NCBI GenBank assembly: GCA_977017645.1
Contig: OZ360228.1
Coordinates: forward strand, 11,408,001 to 11,472,000
Reading direction: 5' to 3'
DNA: 64,000 nucleotides
Source of the DNA: Torpedo marmorata
Taxonomy: Eukaryota
How positions within the stretch are numbered: the first letter of the stretch is position 1; every line of letters begins with the position of its first letter. Made by a program: the position numbers and the translations under genes. Of the stretch, positions 11,217 through 24,964 are shown piece after piece. The notes under the pieces were generated by a model that worked only from the letters and a program-made list of their open reading frames with translations, had not been told where the DNA came from and ran no database searches.

Positions 11217-12689
11217 CTTTATTGAAAGCAACCACAAGAAACAAAAATCACATGTTATTACATGGACCAAGCTGCACTGAAGGGTTTGTTAATACAAGAA
11301 CTTGTCATTGCCTTGTGGGTTGCTCACATTCAAGCACTGACGACAGTCCAGGTGCATATTACAAACAGCTCAAATTTTTAGTAAGTTCATATTCATCCTG
11401 TGAATTGGGCAAGATCCAGTACATGACAGAGGAAGAGCTAACAAAAGAATGTGTCAAAATTTCATTCAAAATGTTTACATTTTCAAATGTCCCACACTAC
11501 CTCTTGCTTTTGATTTTATTGCCACTGCCTTTGTGAAGTAGCTTGGCACAACACAACAATTGTGTACCTATCTGCTGAAATCAGGAGGCTGAAGATCTAC
11601 AACTGTACAGCATGGACACTGATGAAATGTTATACATACGCCTGCCCAGCTGGAAGGAGATTGTTGGGTCAGTCTGGATTTTCTGGAGAATATGGCTTTT
11701 GGCTATCAATATGGATCAAATTCAGTCAGATTGCTGGTGGAAAAAATGGAGTAAGGTATCACAATGACGTATAGATGGGCAGAAGGAACTAAGATATTGG
11801 AAACTGCTTAAATCTGAGCAAGATTATTCCAAACAAGTTGTTTGACAAAGCTGATTTTTTTTGACCATCTGAAATTTCTCCATCCTTAAGCATTCCCTCA
11901 CTCCTCTTTGGTGAAGCCTTTACTTACAAGGCTTGACACCTTTTGTCTTAGGCAGATGTTCCTGTTAAGCGATTTTTAATTTAATGTATACTATTGTATT
12001 TTTTTTAAAAATACCTGTTTGACTGCAGCAAGTAAGAATTTTGGTCCATATATACATTGTAGAATGTATATGACAATAAACTCATCATCATTAAGTATCT
12101 TGGAGTGTTTCAATATATTGAAGGTGCAATTGAAAGCAAATTAAGGGAGTATTCAGCTCTAACAATATAGGAGTCATTAGCGGAGATAAATTCTTTGGCA
12201 TTTTGAAACAGCCTCAATTTTCAGTTTTTTAAGCCAAAGCATCATCTTGTTGACATGCTTCAGATTGATTCGGCATTAAGTAAATGGGTTAATGCCAAGA
12301 TTCTGCTACAAACCGATAAACGCAGCAAACAGCACCTACTGATTGCGTGGCCACCAAAATAATTGGTAGAAAATCCATTTAAACTTCAAGCTTCTGTTAC
12401 TGTTGCTTTTTCTTGCCGTTTTGACTCATCGTGCTTCAGCTGCACGTAATTGACAAAAAATTGCAGAGAATGTGAACTTCGCATAACAAGTGCCAACATA
12501 AAAGAGCATTCGAATTTTAAAATATCACATACATAAATCTGGTCAACCGTAAATGTCATAATTCCAGGCTAATAAAATATGATGGCCATTGGCGTGAGAG
12601 GAGTATCATACACCTCTCTGCAAAAAGGGTATTCTTGAACAGTTGACAGCAGAATGGGGAGCAGACCTTTCACACCAGTACTTTTCGCC

Positions 12690-12950
12690 AATACCAGAGG
12701 ACATCTGTATTCGAGGAAGGTGTCAGAGGTAGGTTTTTTCAGACAGAAAGAGGTGGATAGCTGGAATGCACTGCTGGAGGTAGTGGTTGAGGCTGATACA
12801 ATCTGGACATTTAAAAGACTCTAAGATAGGCACTTGGATGTATGAAAAATGGGGGGAGGGGGTGATGGACTGTGTGGGAGGGAAGGGTTAGATTGATTGT
12901 GGAGTAGGTTTATAAAGGTCGGCACAACATTGTGCCGTACTGTTCTATAA
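12690..12950 (+). mobile_element. CR1-clade LINE 3' end fragment
   Basis: ttttttcagacagaaagaggtggatagctggaatgcactg (FF.RVV..WN.L motif) followed by a typical CR1 3' UTR. Confidence 0.65.
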
Positions 12951-13489
12951 AATAAAGTAATAAAGTATATTTTATTGTTGGCACTTTCCTTATCAAGACC
13001 AGATGAAAACATGTGATCTGTGTAATATTGGGGTGGCTGAGCATGAAGAACTGAAAGATCTTGAGTTCTGTGTACTTTATTTTATTTTACCCAATATCCA
13101 GAAATCGATGACTGTGTCAACTAAGTATCAATAAGCATTCCATGTGAACCACATCCAAGTCCCTAAAGATGTTGATGAAAATTTTTTTTTAAACTGTATA
13201 TGTTGGGTCTAAAAAATAGAAAATGTTGGAAACGCTTAGATCAGGCAGTTGCTGCGGAAAGAGAAAGAGTTAACATTTAGAGACATGACCCCTTTTTTCG
13301 TAACAGGGATCAAGAAAAAACAAGTTTGTTTTAAGCTGTAGAGAGCTCTGGCAGGGATACATAAGACAAGGGAACTATTGCTGCTGCGGTGAGATATATC
13401 ATTGAAGTAACCTTATTCATTAATTAATGAGGGAGAAATTAAATGTAGGTTGGCTGGCCAACTCAAGAGAAACTGTATTCAGTCACCAG

Positions 13490-13890
13490 GGCAGACCTGA
13501 TCTTCCCATTGCCTGCCACTTTAATTCTCCATCCTGCTCCAATTCTGTCCGTGAGGCTCAACACATACTTGAAGAAAAGCACCTCTACTTCCGACGGGAC
13601 ATCCTGCTGCCCTTGGGACTCAATGCTGAATTTTACAGATTCATGCAAACTCATTCACTCTGTTTATATCAGAACAGGCCAATCCTGCCAGATGTCATCA
13701 TCTGCAATGCATAAATGTTCTGGAGAAACTCAGTAGGCCATGCAGCATCTACAGGAAGTAAAAGGTAACCAACATTTCAGGCCTGAGCCTTTCATCAGGA
13801 ATGAGTCCTGAGTTTCTCTAGCACATTTATCTACTGCAATCAACCCCAGCATCTGCAGATTTTCTTGTTTAACTCCACATGTCATCATCT
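13490..13890 (+). mobile_element. Penelope-like fragment plus a nested short terminal element with TSD
   Basis: PDLPIACHFNSPS...LEEKHLYFR...PLGLNAEF; nested piece flanked by atgtcatcatctg at 13692-13704 and 13879-13891. Confidence 0.65.
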
Positions 13891-14381
13891 GTAATTTTGG
13901 CCATTTTTTTCTGTCCATTAGAATCGTCTAACTATGATTTTAACAGTCTCTACAATTCTGCACTTCATATCTTTTACATTCTTTTCTTTGTATTTTCTGT
14001 AACTGCCATAATCTCTGTTCATGCGATCTCTAAGCATCATCAATAACCCATCAACCAGATTACTTCATCAACAGCTTAACCCCACTTCACCTTAGAGAGA
14101 TTCACTTCAACCCATCTATCCCTCCTTAACCTCCCTAAAACTTGGATCTTTTCCTCGTTCCCAGTTTAGGACTTGTAATGTTAATTCTCTTCCTCTTCCA
14201 CAACTGCTACCTAAACCTACTGTTTCTAATTTAAAAAAATAAAAAAAATGGGGGCGTGGCGTGATGGCGTAGGTTGGAGATGTGGAAATACACCTCTCCC
14301 TACAGAACTAATCAAAAACTATAATAAAACTTTATCTGGTTATTAAAAAAAAAGTTAAGAGTGTTTGTTAATGATTAAAGA

Positions 14382-15844
14382 ATGACTACAAGAAAAGGGA
14401 AGGAGCAAAAGTTAAAGAAAACAGTGTTTAAAGAAAGTTTAATTCAAGGAGAAGATCAGCCTACCTTAGCGATGGAGCCTCGGGATCAAGTTCCTCTCCC
14501 TCCCAGAAGGATGCAGACGAGAACGGGTAAGGTAATCGTAACGCCAGCGCCGTCCTCCCGGGGAGCTGGGGAAGATGGCGCTGGTGCTCGAAGGAAGACT
14601 GGAGAACTACAAAAAGATAAGGAACAACTGCGCATGCACGAAATAACGTGCATGAGCGAAATGCAACGGGAGCAGCCAAAGAAGAACCCGCCGTTCAATC
14701 CAGTATATTGTTGGAGAAGAAAGGTCATCGTCAACGGACTCAGAAGATAAAGGGAGAAAGAAAGAAATGTATGAAGAAATGGAGAGACAAGTAAAAGAGA
14801 TGGAGGGAGAGGAAAGAGAAATAAGTGGAGGAGAAGAAACTCAGTTGTTTCAAGGTAAACAAGAAATATCAACTACTTTTATTCAAGCTATAAATTACTT
14901 AACAGAACAAGTGTCTACAATGAATCAACGTATGGAACATGGATTTAAGGCTATGGATACCAATTTTACTGAGTTTAAGGAAGAAATGAAAGACATTAAA
15001 TATAATATGAAAAAGTGTGCAACTGCTGTGGATAAAGTAACAGTGAAAGTTCAGAGAGTTGAAAACGAGGTTAAAGAATGTCGTGAAGAGATGGTGGACT
15101 GCAAAGATACAGTGGATAAAATGGAAAATTCATTTACAGGCTGGGAACAACAAAGAAATGAACTTTTACAAAAAATAGATACATTGGAGAATCAAAGCCG
15201 GAGAAACAATGTTAAAATTGTGGGATTGCCAGAAGGGATAAACTCAACCGAATTTTTTCAAAATTGGATTCCAAAGATTTTGGGTTATGAAAACTTCCCA
15301 AATGGACTTGAATTAGATAGAGCTCATAGAGATAACAGAAGGAAACCATATCCTGGACAAATGCCACGCTCAGTGTTAATTAGATGCCTTCGTTACCAGG
15401 ATAAAGAGATGATACTGAGATTAGCTGTTCAAAATGCAAGAAAGAAACAAGGTCCATTGATGATTAATAAAAACAGGGTGTGTTTTTATGCTGATTTAAG
15501 TGCAGCAATAATTAAAAAACGCAAAGAGTTTAACCTAGCCAAAGCAATCTTTTGGAACAAGGGATATAAATTTTCATTTAGATATCCTGCGATATTGAAA
15601 GTACAGTCTCGAGACAATCAGTCTGTTTTTTTTTGCTGACTATCAAGAAAATTTGAAACATGCTAATACACTTCCAAATTTAAAGAAAGATCAAGATTTG
15701 TCTGGGCAATTTCAAGCTACTATACCGGTTCAGGACTTGTTACACTTAACAGAGAAACTTCAAATAGCTTCAGGACGAGATGATTTGGCCGAATTGAGTA
15801 ATGATCAAGTTAACATAGATCTGGAAGATGTTAGATTTGGATGA
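14382..15844 (+). pseudogene. L1 ORF1p remnant (coiled coil, RRM, CTD), frameshifted
   Basis: KIDTLENQSRRNNVKIVGLPEG, LELDRAHR, PRSVLIRCLRYQDKE, FYADLS, FSFRYPAIL motifs. Confidence 0.9.
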
Positions 15845-16136
15845 AGAATCGATAACAAATGTTATGTAAAATCTGTTGGGGGGGGGGGGGGTGGACTTTT
15901 TTGTCTTCTCCGTACCTAACCACACATCACCTTAGTGGCGAGGGCCACTTTCCGAACAATAGAGGGGGGTAGTATTGGTGTAAATATACCAGTATTATAT
16001 AGTGGGTTTTTTCTTTTTTTCTTTTTTCTTTACTTCTTTTTTCCTTTTTTCTTTTTTAAGGAGATATCAAATTTATTGCAAATGTGGAAGGGGGAACCGG
16101 TTGGTCTAATAAGGAGGAAGTTAGTAAATATTGGTA

Positions 16137-19100
16137 ATGGCGGATAGTAAATCAATAAATGTTGTAAGTATTAATATAAATGGGCTAAATAATCCGATTA
16201 AAAGGAAGAAAACTCTGGCATATATTAAAAAGTTAAAAGTTGATATAGCTTTTTTTACAAGAGACACATTTGACAGATATAGAACATCAGAAGCTGAAAA
16301 GAGAATGGGTTGGTAAAGTGGTCGCGTCTTCATTTAATTCTAAAGCAAAAGGAGTTGCTATATTAATTAATAAAAAGTTACCTTTCAAAATACAATCTGT
16401 GGTTTTAGATGTGTCAGGAAGATTTGTTTTAATAAATTGTCAGATATATTCAGAAATGTGGACACTTATGAATATATATGTGCCAAATACGGAAGATGAA
16501 CAATTTATTCAAGATTCTTTTATGCACTTATCAGAAGCAAATGATAATATTTTTTTTATCGGTGGGGATTTTAATTGTTGTTTCGATCCAATAATACATA
16601 AAACATCGAAATCAACTATTAGAACTAAAACTGCGAAAATAATTCTTTCTTTGATGAAAGATTTGAATTTAATAGATATTTGGAGGAAGTTGAATCCAAA
16701 AGAAAAAGATTATTCCTTTTATTCTTTTAGACATATTCTTATTCTAGAATAGACATGTTTTTATTGTCATCACAATTAGAAGATAGAGTGACTCAAGCAA
16801 AATATAAAGCACGAATAATTTCTGATCACTCGCCTCTAATAATGTCATGTATAATTCCAGAAAAAGAAAAAAATATATATAGATGGAGATTAAATTCTTC
16901 TTTATTGAAAAGAATGGGTTTTTGTAATTATATACAAAGAGAAATTCAAGAATTTTTACAGATTAATTCTAATTCGATTGACAATAAATTTATTATTTGG
17001 GAAGCTCTAAAGGCTTATTTAAGAGGTCAAATAATAAGTTATTCAGCAAAACTTAAGAAGGAATATGTTCAGGAATTAGATAATTTGGAGAAGGTGATCG
17101 AGTTTCTGGAGAAGGATTTGCAAAAGAAGAGATCAGAAGAGAAGAGGAATTTAATCGAAAAAAAATTGTATTATAATACGTTACAAACATATAAAATGGA
17201 AAAATTAATTGAAAGAACTAAGCAAAGATATTATGAATTGGGAGAAAGAGCGCATAAAGTGTTGGCGTGACAATTAAAGAAAGAACAAACTTCTAGAACT
17301 ATAAATGCCATAAAAAAGCATTCAAAGAAAATAACATATAAACCTCGAGAAATAAATGATTCCTTTAGGAAATTTTATTTAAATTTATATAAATCCCAAA
17401 CTGATAAAGATGATTCTAAAATTAATGCATTTTTATCTAAAATTAAGTTACCTAGATTGAATATTCAAAATAAAGAACTTTTAGATTCATCATTTACGAT
17501 GAGAGAAGTTAATGACGTTCTTAGTTCTTTAACAAGTGGAAAATCTCCGGGGGAGGATGGTTTCCCACCAGAATTTTATAAGGAATTTAAGGATTTATTG
17601 ATACCTCCATATATGGAGGTGTTAAAACAAATAACGGAAACTCATTCTCTACCGGAAACATTTTTAAATGCAATAATAACAGTTATACCAAAAAAGATAG
17701 AGATTTGTTGAAAACAGAATCATGTAGACCAATTTCATTGTTAAATGTGGATTATAAGATAATGGTGAAAATTTTAGCAAATAGACTGGCTAAATATTTA
17801 CCAGATTTAATTCATGTAGATCAAGCAGGTTTTATTAAGAATAGATATTCAAAAGATAATATAGCCAGGTTAATCAGTTTAATAAATGTGGCACAAAAGA
17901 AAGAGGAATTAGCATTAGTATTAACATTAGATGCTGAAAAAGCTTTTGATAGATTAGAGTGGAATTATTTATTTAAAGTATTGGAAAAATTTGGTTTTGA
18001 AACTACATTTATTAATTGGATCAAAACTATATATAAAAGAACTTTCTGCCAGAGTGGTGACAAGTGGACAAATTTCTTCAAAATTTTTGTTGACTAGGTC
18101 GACTAGACAAGGATGTCCTTTGTCGCCAGCATTGTTTATTTTAGCAATAGAACCTTTAGCAGAATTAATTAGACAAGATATTAAGATTGTAGGTATTAAA
18201 GTTGGAAGAGAAGAGCATAAAATTAGTTTATTTGCAGATGATGTATTGATTTATATGACAAAACCTATTACTTCTTTAATACAATTGAATGTTTTATTGA
18301 AAGAATACGGGGAGATATCTGGTTATAAGATTAATTCTGATAAAAGTAAAATTATGGCATTGACACAAGGGGATTATAGTAAATGTAAAGAAATTACACA
18401 ATTTAAATGGTCAAAGGAAGGAATTAAATATTTGGGAATAAAGACATACAAAATTAGCTAATTTATATAAATTAAATTATTTTCCATTATTTATAAAAAT
18501 TAAAAATGATTTCGAAAGTTGGAAGGATTTACCTATAACTTTAATAGGAAGGGTAAATTGTATTAAAATGAATGTCTTTCCAAGAATTCAATATCTTTTT
18601 CAATCAATTCCTTTTGAAATTCTTTAAAGATTTAAATTTACCGGTAATTATTAGGAAGTTTTTGTGGAAAGGAAAGTTGGCTAGAGGTGGTATGCAGAAA
18701 TTAACTTGGAATTATGAAATGGATGATTTACAACTTCCTAATTTTCAAAATTATTATAAAGCAGCTCAATTAAAATTTATTAATTTTCAGGAAAATCTTC
18801 TGCTTGGATTAGAATAGAATTAAATAATATAGGAGAAGATTTGAAAGAAGTTATTTATAAATGGAATTCTAAATTATTATTAACAAGAGGGAAAAATTCT
18901 CCTATTTTTAAACATTTGTTAGAAATATGGAATAGAGTGGTAGGGAGATAGGAGGGAAAGGGTTAATTTCTCAAAAAATGCCTTTATATCAAAATAAACT
19001 TATTCCATTTACTGTTGATAATCAATTATTTAAAATTTGGTTCCAAAAGGGAATTAAGAAAATAAATGATTGTTTTGAAGCTAGTAAATGTATTACTTTT

Positions 19101-19900
19101 CAAAGAATGAAAAAAAAGTTTAATGTATTAAATAATACACTTTTTGCTTATTATCAAATCAGAGCATTTTTAGTTGAAAGGTTGGGTTATAGTTTGACTT
19201 TACCAAGACAAAGTGAACTGGAATTATTAGTTACTAATGGAGGTGTAAATAAATTTATTTCTCAAATGTATAGATTGTTACAGAGAAAAATGCCTAAATT
19301 AGGAATTCACAAATCAAGATTAAAATGGGAATCAGATCTGAATGTAACAATAGATGAAGAACATTGGAAAGAATTATGTAAACTAAGTATGACAAAGATT
19401 ATTAACGTTAGATATAGACTAGTGCAATATAATTTTTTTCATCAATTACATTTAACACCTAAAAAATTAAAGAAAGTTAAATCAACATTATCTGGTTTAT
19501 GTTTTAGATGTAATAGAGAGGAACGTACTTTTGTACATTCTACTTGGCTTTGTCCAAAGATATATGATTTTTGGTTGAAAGTTAAAAAGTTTTTAGACAA
19601 AGTATTAAGAATTACACTCCCAATGGACCCTATGATATTTTTGTTTGGAGATATTAAAAGAATTAGTATTAAGATGAAATTAAATATGTATCAAATAGAA
19701 TTTTTGCAAATTGCTTTAGCTGTTTCTAAGAAATGCATTGCTATTACATGGAAATCTGATGTGGATTTAGGGTTAGAAAGATGTCATGCAGAACTTCGTT
19801 CATGTATACCACTTGAAAAATTACTTATAATTTACGTAATAAATATCATTTCTTTTTGAAAATATGGAGCCCATATATAAAAACGGTTGGTTTAAGGATT
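16137..19900 (+). pseudogene. L1 ORF2p remnant (endonuclease, reverse transcriptase, zinc knuckle), multiple frameshifts and stops
   Basis: SININGLNNPIKRK, GGDFN, ISDHSP, KSPGEDGF, RPISLLNVDYK, LDAEKAFD, TRQGCPLSP, LFADD, KYLGI, CFRC...HSTWLC. Confidence 0.93.
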
Positions 19901-20915
19901 TGAAGATCTCTCGATATCAGATCTGACTGGTGAACCTATCCTCCACAATAAAATTAGTTTATAGTTGTTCTTTTTTGATTGACATTCTCCTTATTTTATC
20001 TTTTTCTTTCTTTCTTTTCTATTTTAGTAGATTAGTAGGGGTGGGAGGGTTAGGGAGGGGAGGGAGGGTGAAAATGTATCACATGTATTTTGATAATTTT
20101 GCATTTTATACTATGTATTGTGTGATTTAAAAATTTTAAATAAAATATTTAAAATAAATAAATAAATAGATCCCTTGTAATGTCAGTTAATAAACCCTTC
20201 CCAATATCCCATCACTGCCTCTAACACTACTAATGCATCTCAGGCTCCTTTATATAGTTACTTTGGCTCTTTTATCTATTAGGCCTTGATAACAATTTCT
20301 ACCAACACCTTGGATAGGATTGAACATGAGACAGCGAAAGTACCGGTAACTCTCCCAAACTGCATCTTTTTGTGAATAAAAATATTTCAGCAAAGAGTGC
20401 AATATTAACCATCTCTCTCCCTTTTTAATGGTTTATTTCCTGCAAGGCCTACTCAGTGCTGAGATATTTTTAATTGTTAAGTATTATTGTCAGGTTAGTT
20501 TACACTCAATCAAACAAATGCAGATTAATGGTTGCAAATAACTTTGTTGTTTTGAGGTACAGGTCAGTATAAAATGCCCCACAACAAGGGATACAATGCA
20601 AAATTAAAACATCCAGCCTTGTATGTTTGCTTTATAATATCAATATTTCACCAAAATAATAGAAATCCAGTGACAGCAACATCAAAGTACAACATTTCTG
20701 GGTACAATGCAGAGATTTTGTAGTGTTGGCATGCACACTGAAATGGTCTCAGCCACCATTAGCTGATCTTGATGAAGACCAAGGAAACGCTCCGTTGCTG
20801 TCACTGTGTCCTATATGTTAAAGATCCTTAGTGTGTTTCCTGTTTCTAGACTCTAACATTTATACAAAGCTTTAAAACGAAATCCAACCACATGGTATGA
20901 AAATAACAAATGTAC

Positions 20916-21024
20916 CTTTTCTGCTTGTATGTTAACATTGCCTCTGCTATAGGCAACTGGTGGGCAATGTTTGCATTGGAGATGTACTGCGTAACTCTGG
21001 AGACAACATCTGGTATTTCCTGCA
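20916..21024 (-). CDS. PACS2: PACS2 exon ([36 protein letters not shown])
   Basis: ctaattgcag| and ag|gtacat; 109 nt, phase 1 to 2; contains [16 protein letters not shown]. Confidence 0.95.
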
Positions 21025-21239
21025 CTGCAATTAGACACGTATAACAGGTTAGACACGTCACTCGCTCAGTTATTAACAATCTGCATTTCTCACCAATGTA
21101 CAGATGACTTCAGAAAATGAACTGAACAAAAAAAAAGTAGTGAATGAAACCTGGTCTGAGATTTTAGGTACCATCTTTCAATGTCACCACGTACATCAAT
21201 ACAGTGTAAAATAAAATATGGATTTACATTTAAAGGAGA

Positions 21240-21610
21240 TGACTTTCATTACAACTGGATGGCAGTCAGTGAAGAATAGTCACTGTTATAATGTACGATA
21301 CAGCAATCAAGTTGATACTATCAAGTTCATACAACTAGTAATGAAAAGAATGACCAAATAATCAACTTTAGGTTTGTTCGCTGACTGGTAGATATGAGCT
21401 AGAGAACTGAAGAGAACATTTCTGGTCTTTTATGCATGATGCTGCTGGATTTTTTGTTTAACATACATTCACCTAAAACCAGGTGGAACCTCAGAAAGAT
21501 AGTATATCACCTCACCCAGTTTTGCACTGGAGCATCGGCCTAGACTGTTTACTCCAGAGAACCACTTGAACACACAACCCGAGTCACAGGGAGAATGTAC
21601 TGCAGAGGCA
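21240..21610 (-). mobile_element. Ancient Deu-domain SINE, degenerate
   Basis: Reverse-complement similarity to the Deu SINE at 3590-4090 (agtcactgtt, aatgaccaaataatc, tgcactggagcatcggcctaga). Confidence 0.45.
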
Positions 21611-21689
21611 CAGATCAGTTGTTAATATCTTTGTTGGTAAACTATTCCTCAATTCTAGATCTTCTTACTAGAAAAACATGCAAATATTC

Positions 21690-21915
21690 TCCACTTTCTT
21701 TTGACATGCCCCTATCATCTTCATTTTCCTTTGACATGCCCCTATCGTCTCCATTTTTTACATGCCCCTATCTTCTCCATTTTTTACATGCCCCTATCAT
21801 CTTCATTTTCCTTTGACATGCCCCTATCTTCTCCATTTTTTACATGCCCCTATCTTCTCCATTTTTACATGCCCCTACTTTCTCCATTTTCTTTTGAAAT
21901 GCCCATATACTCTAT
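21690..21915. repeat. Minisatellite, ~25-30 bp unit (tttgacatgcccctatcttctccatttt), about 8 copies
   Basis: Repeated acatgccccta core visible directly. Confidence 0.9.
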
Positions 21916-22937
21916 TTTCTTTAAATTAAACCTTTAGACACCAAATGCTGAATGCGAGATCAGGGCAATTAGTTCAGATCTAATCCCATACTCTTTGAGC
22001 ATGCTATATGTATTTCTAAGTTTAAACATTTATCTTGAACATTTGAAATGTAAGAGAAACAATAGTAGTTTTTGATAATGATCTCAGAAAGTATTAAAAC
22101 CTGATAGGAGATTATGTAATCAATCAAATGTAATCTAGTGCCACTAGAAATACAGCTATTATATGCTTCGAAATGTGACTGCCACCAGCACTGAAGGTTA
22201 ACAAGGTGCAACACAGATTGGTATTTCACTTGGAAATCATGGTCATTAAACCAAAAGGACAGTTCAGGGATTTTCCAAATCAAATAAACTTTGAAAGTCA
22301 AGAAGCTGAAGCATTCATTTGACTTGTATAAAAGGTTATGTAGAATAACTCAAACACATTTCCTTTGATTTATTGGCATCACATTTATATTGCATTAAAT
22401 GGAAATTGTCAAAATAATAAATGCTTTTATTTAAGAACAACTTCATCACGGAAAGGTCATTATTTTAAAAAACATTATTTCAAGTGCAATAAAATGCCAT
22501 GATGGGAGAATAATGTACTTTTGGACTGAGCAATGATTGGTCAACTAATTCCCAGAATGACCTGGCCCAATGTTAACATTCTTCGTAGAATCATAGTCAT
22601 GGGTTGAGTGCCATTCTGGATACTGGAGTACATCATTGACAAAATCAGCACTAAAGAGGTTTTATTGCTGAGAAGTGCTTTAGTGACATTTGTACAAGGC
22701 ACTATCAGGAGGACACAATATCTCAAAGCACCATTTCAAAGAGAAAGGAACCTCAATCATGTAAAGCATAAGACTGACCATTTTTCTTGATACTTCTACT
22801 TAAATGCAAATTTATTCTCTCTCTATACTCAAATTATAATACAAACTCTAGACAACTCCTCCAATTTTAACCAAAATAACTAACCAAACACACTAACTCA
22901 AAGCATCCCAACACAAAAAGTACCATACATGGTTTAC

Positions 22938-23048
22938 CTATAGAAGGTGCCTCCGTTTTGGTGAAGAAATCTTGCCAGGCTGCATCCTGGAAAAAATTGT
23001 TGTATCTGTAATCGATGGAGCTGAGGTATTTGGCAACAGGATGAGAAC
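22938..23048 (-). CDS. PACS2: PACS2 exon ([37 protein letters not shown])
   Basis: ctttctctccag| and g|gtaaac; 111 nt, phase 1 to 1; matches [22 protein letters not shown]. Confidence 0.95.
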   Translation of the reverse strand, partial: VLILLPNTSAPSITDTTIFSRMQPGKISSPKRRHLL

Positions 23049-24964
23049 CTGGAGAGAAAGGAGTGTATTTTGAACTTTATGAAAATAGTGCTTCTGTAAT
23101 TTATTGCTTATTTTTCATTTTGTATTTTTAAAGCAGACAAACAATTGCAATCAAGCTTTGTTCCTAGCTTCCAATTATAACTTTTCATCGTCTATTACAA
23201 GAATGATTTAACATGATGATAATGAGGGATAATTGACATGCACATTAGTACAATGTACAGATGCACTAAAATTCTAGCTTACTGCAGCTATACAGATAAG
23301 TGAAATACACCAACAGAGAATAAATTAAATTACTCTATCCCCACAGCCGCACGCTGTTTACTTTCCTACTTTTGGTTTACTAGAGCATATAGCCAATAGC
23401 AAAATCCACAAAGTTGTTAGTTGCAGCCAGAAATTCTAAGGAACTGGCAGGCAGTTGGAGACCCACCAGTTATGTGTCAAGATAGCAGGAAGTCTCAGCA
23501 GCTGTTGCTGAGACTGCAGAGAATCAGCAGTGACTGAAGACACAGGAGGAATGCATAACTACTAAAGAGAGCAGTAGGTTTTATAGCTGTTCTGAGCATA
23601 TCCCCTCTTATCTGTTTTGTAGAAGATGACTCAGCGAATGTTTCCTTATCCCAATTTCATTTTTAAGTGACTTAAAAAGGTACAGTACTAGATTTCATGA
23701 TTCAGTCCAGCTCACTGATTGGGTTAAAAACAAGCAGATGTTCCAGGTCCTTGGGAATTTTCTGCAGAACCACCACATAGCACTTCATTTTGAATTCTAT
23801 GTGGGCACCCGATAGCAGAACAGAAGGCTGACACCAAGCCACATGATAGAAATTCAAATCATGTCTCCATAGTGCTACAGTGAAGCAATGAACATCAACA
23901 GAAAACACAACTGAACCAATGCATTAAAATCCCTGCCGACCATCTTAATCATTAAAACAGATTTTCCCACATTTTGATGTAATCATTTTAATTGCAACAC
24001 TAACCACAAACACGTTACATGTTTTTAAAATCTATTTCCAGTGCTTTGAATTCCTTGTTAGCTTTAAATCAAAAGGAGCAACAGCTAACAGAGCACAGAC
24101 AAATAATTTATCTTTCAATAACAAACCATACTACTCATGAGCTGGCCAGCAGGAGGTAGCAATACCAATCGAAGGAAAATCTCACTAACATTTGCTCTTT
24201 ATCTCCATAGACACCTCCAAACTACTGCCTGCTACTGCCAGGAATGACAAGGGTCAGATCACAAAGAATGTTCTCTTGTGAAGGCTGAAAACTAATGCAA
24301 TGACACTCGCACCTAACTATCACCCAACTTCAATAGTGAACATCCAACTATCATTCTTCGTCCTTCACTCCTCTGGAATCTTTTCTCAAATCCAACTTCA
24401 CAGATCCTCTCTCCCTATTCTCCATTTCATCTGAGCAAACATTTTCCTCTTTCCCAAGATCCATAGACAGGTTTACTGTTGGTAGGCCTATTATTTCACT
24501 CTGTTTGTGCCCACAGGAAACAGATTTCCTCCTATCTATTTTTCCTCTCTCCTCTTCATTCTTTTCACTATTAATTTCATATCAATGACACTAATTTCTT
24601 GGCCCCATCTGTCTCCTTTTCACCTCTGATATCTAATCCCTTGAGGGCTCTGTTCCTCACTGGGATAGTCTGAGAAAGCTCCAATTTTTCCTTTATCAGA
24701 GAGCACCATAAATATTTCCCAATATACTATCACCCCACTTTGGGTGGCAAAACTTGCTCCTAGATTAATAAACCTCTAACCTCTACTCACTTCCTCCAAA
24801 TAAAGGCACTGCAACAAGGGGACCTGTGTGCATCCTGACCATGCCTAGCTTCTCACGAGATATTTCGCATATAGTTTCTTCCACTCCTGTTCATCTGTTT
24901 TACCAGCTCATTGAATGCATTAGGGTCACTTCCGAATTCACCCTGAACTAGAGCATTTCTGTTT

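Larger units (their letters stand above)
14250..20168 (+). mobile_element. Full-length L1-clade LINE (~5.9 kb), disrupted, antisense to PACS2
   Basis: Starts gggggcgtggcgtgatggcg; ORF1, inter-ORF spacer, ORF2 with APE endonuclease, RT and Cys motif; G-rich 3' UTR and (aaat)n tail. Confidence 0.95.

Noticed and set aside
12180-12690. Unassigned, slightly CpG-retaining segment as a coding or conserved element
   Set aside because: No convincing ORF, splice pair or repeat hallmark found by eye; needs a cross-species alignment
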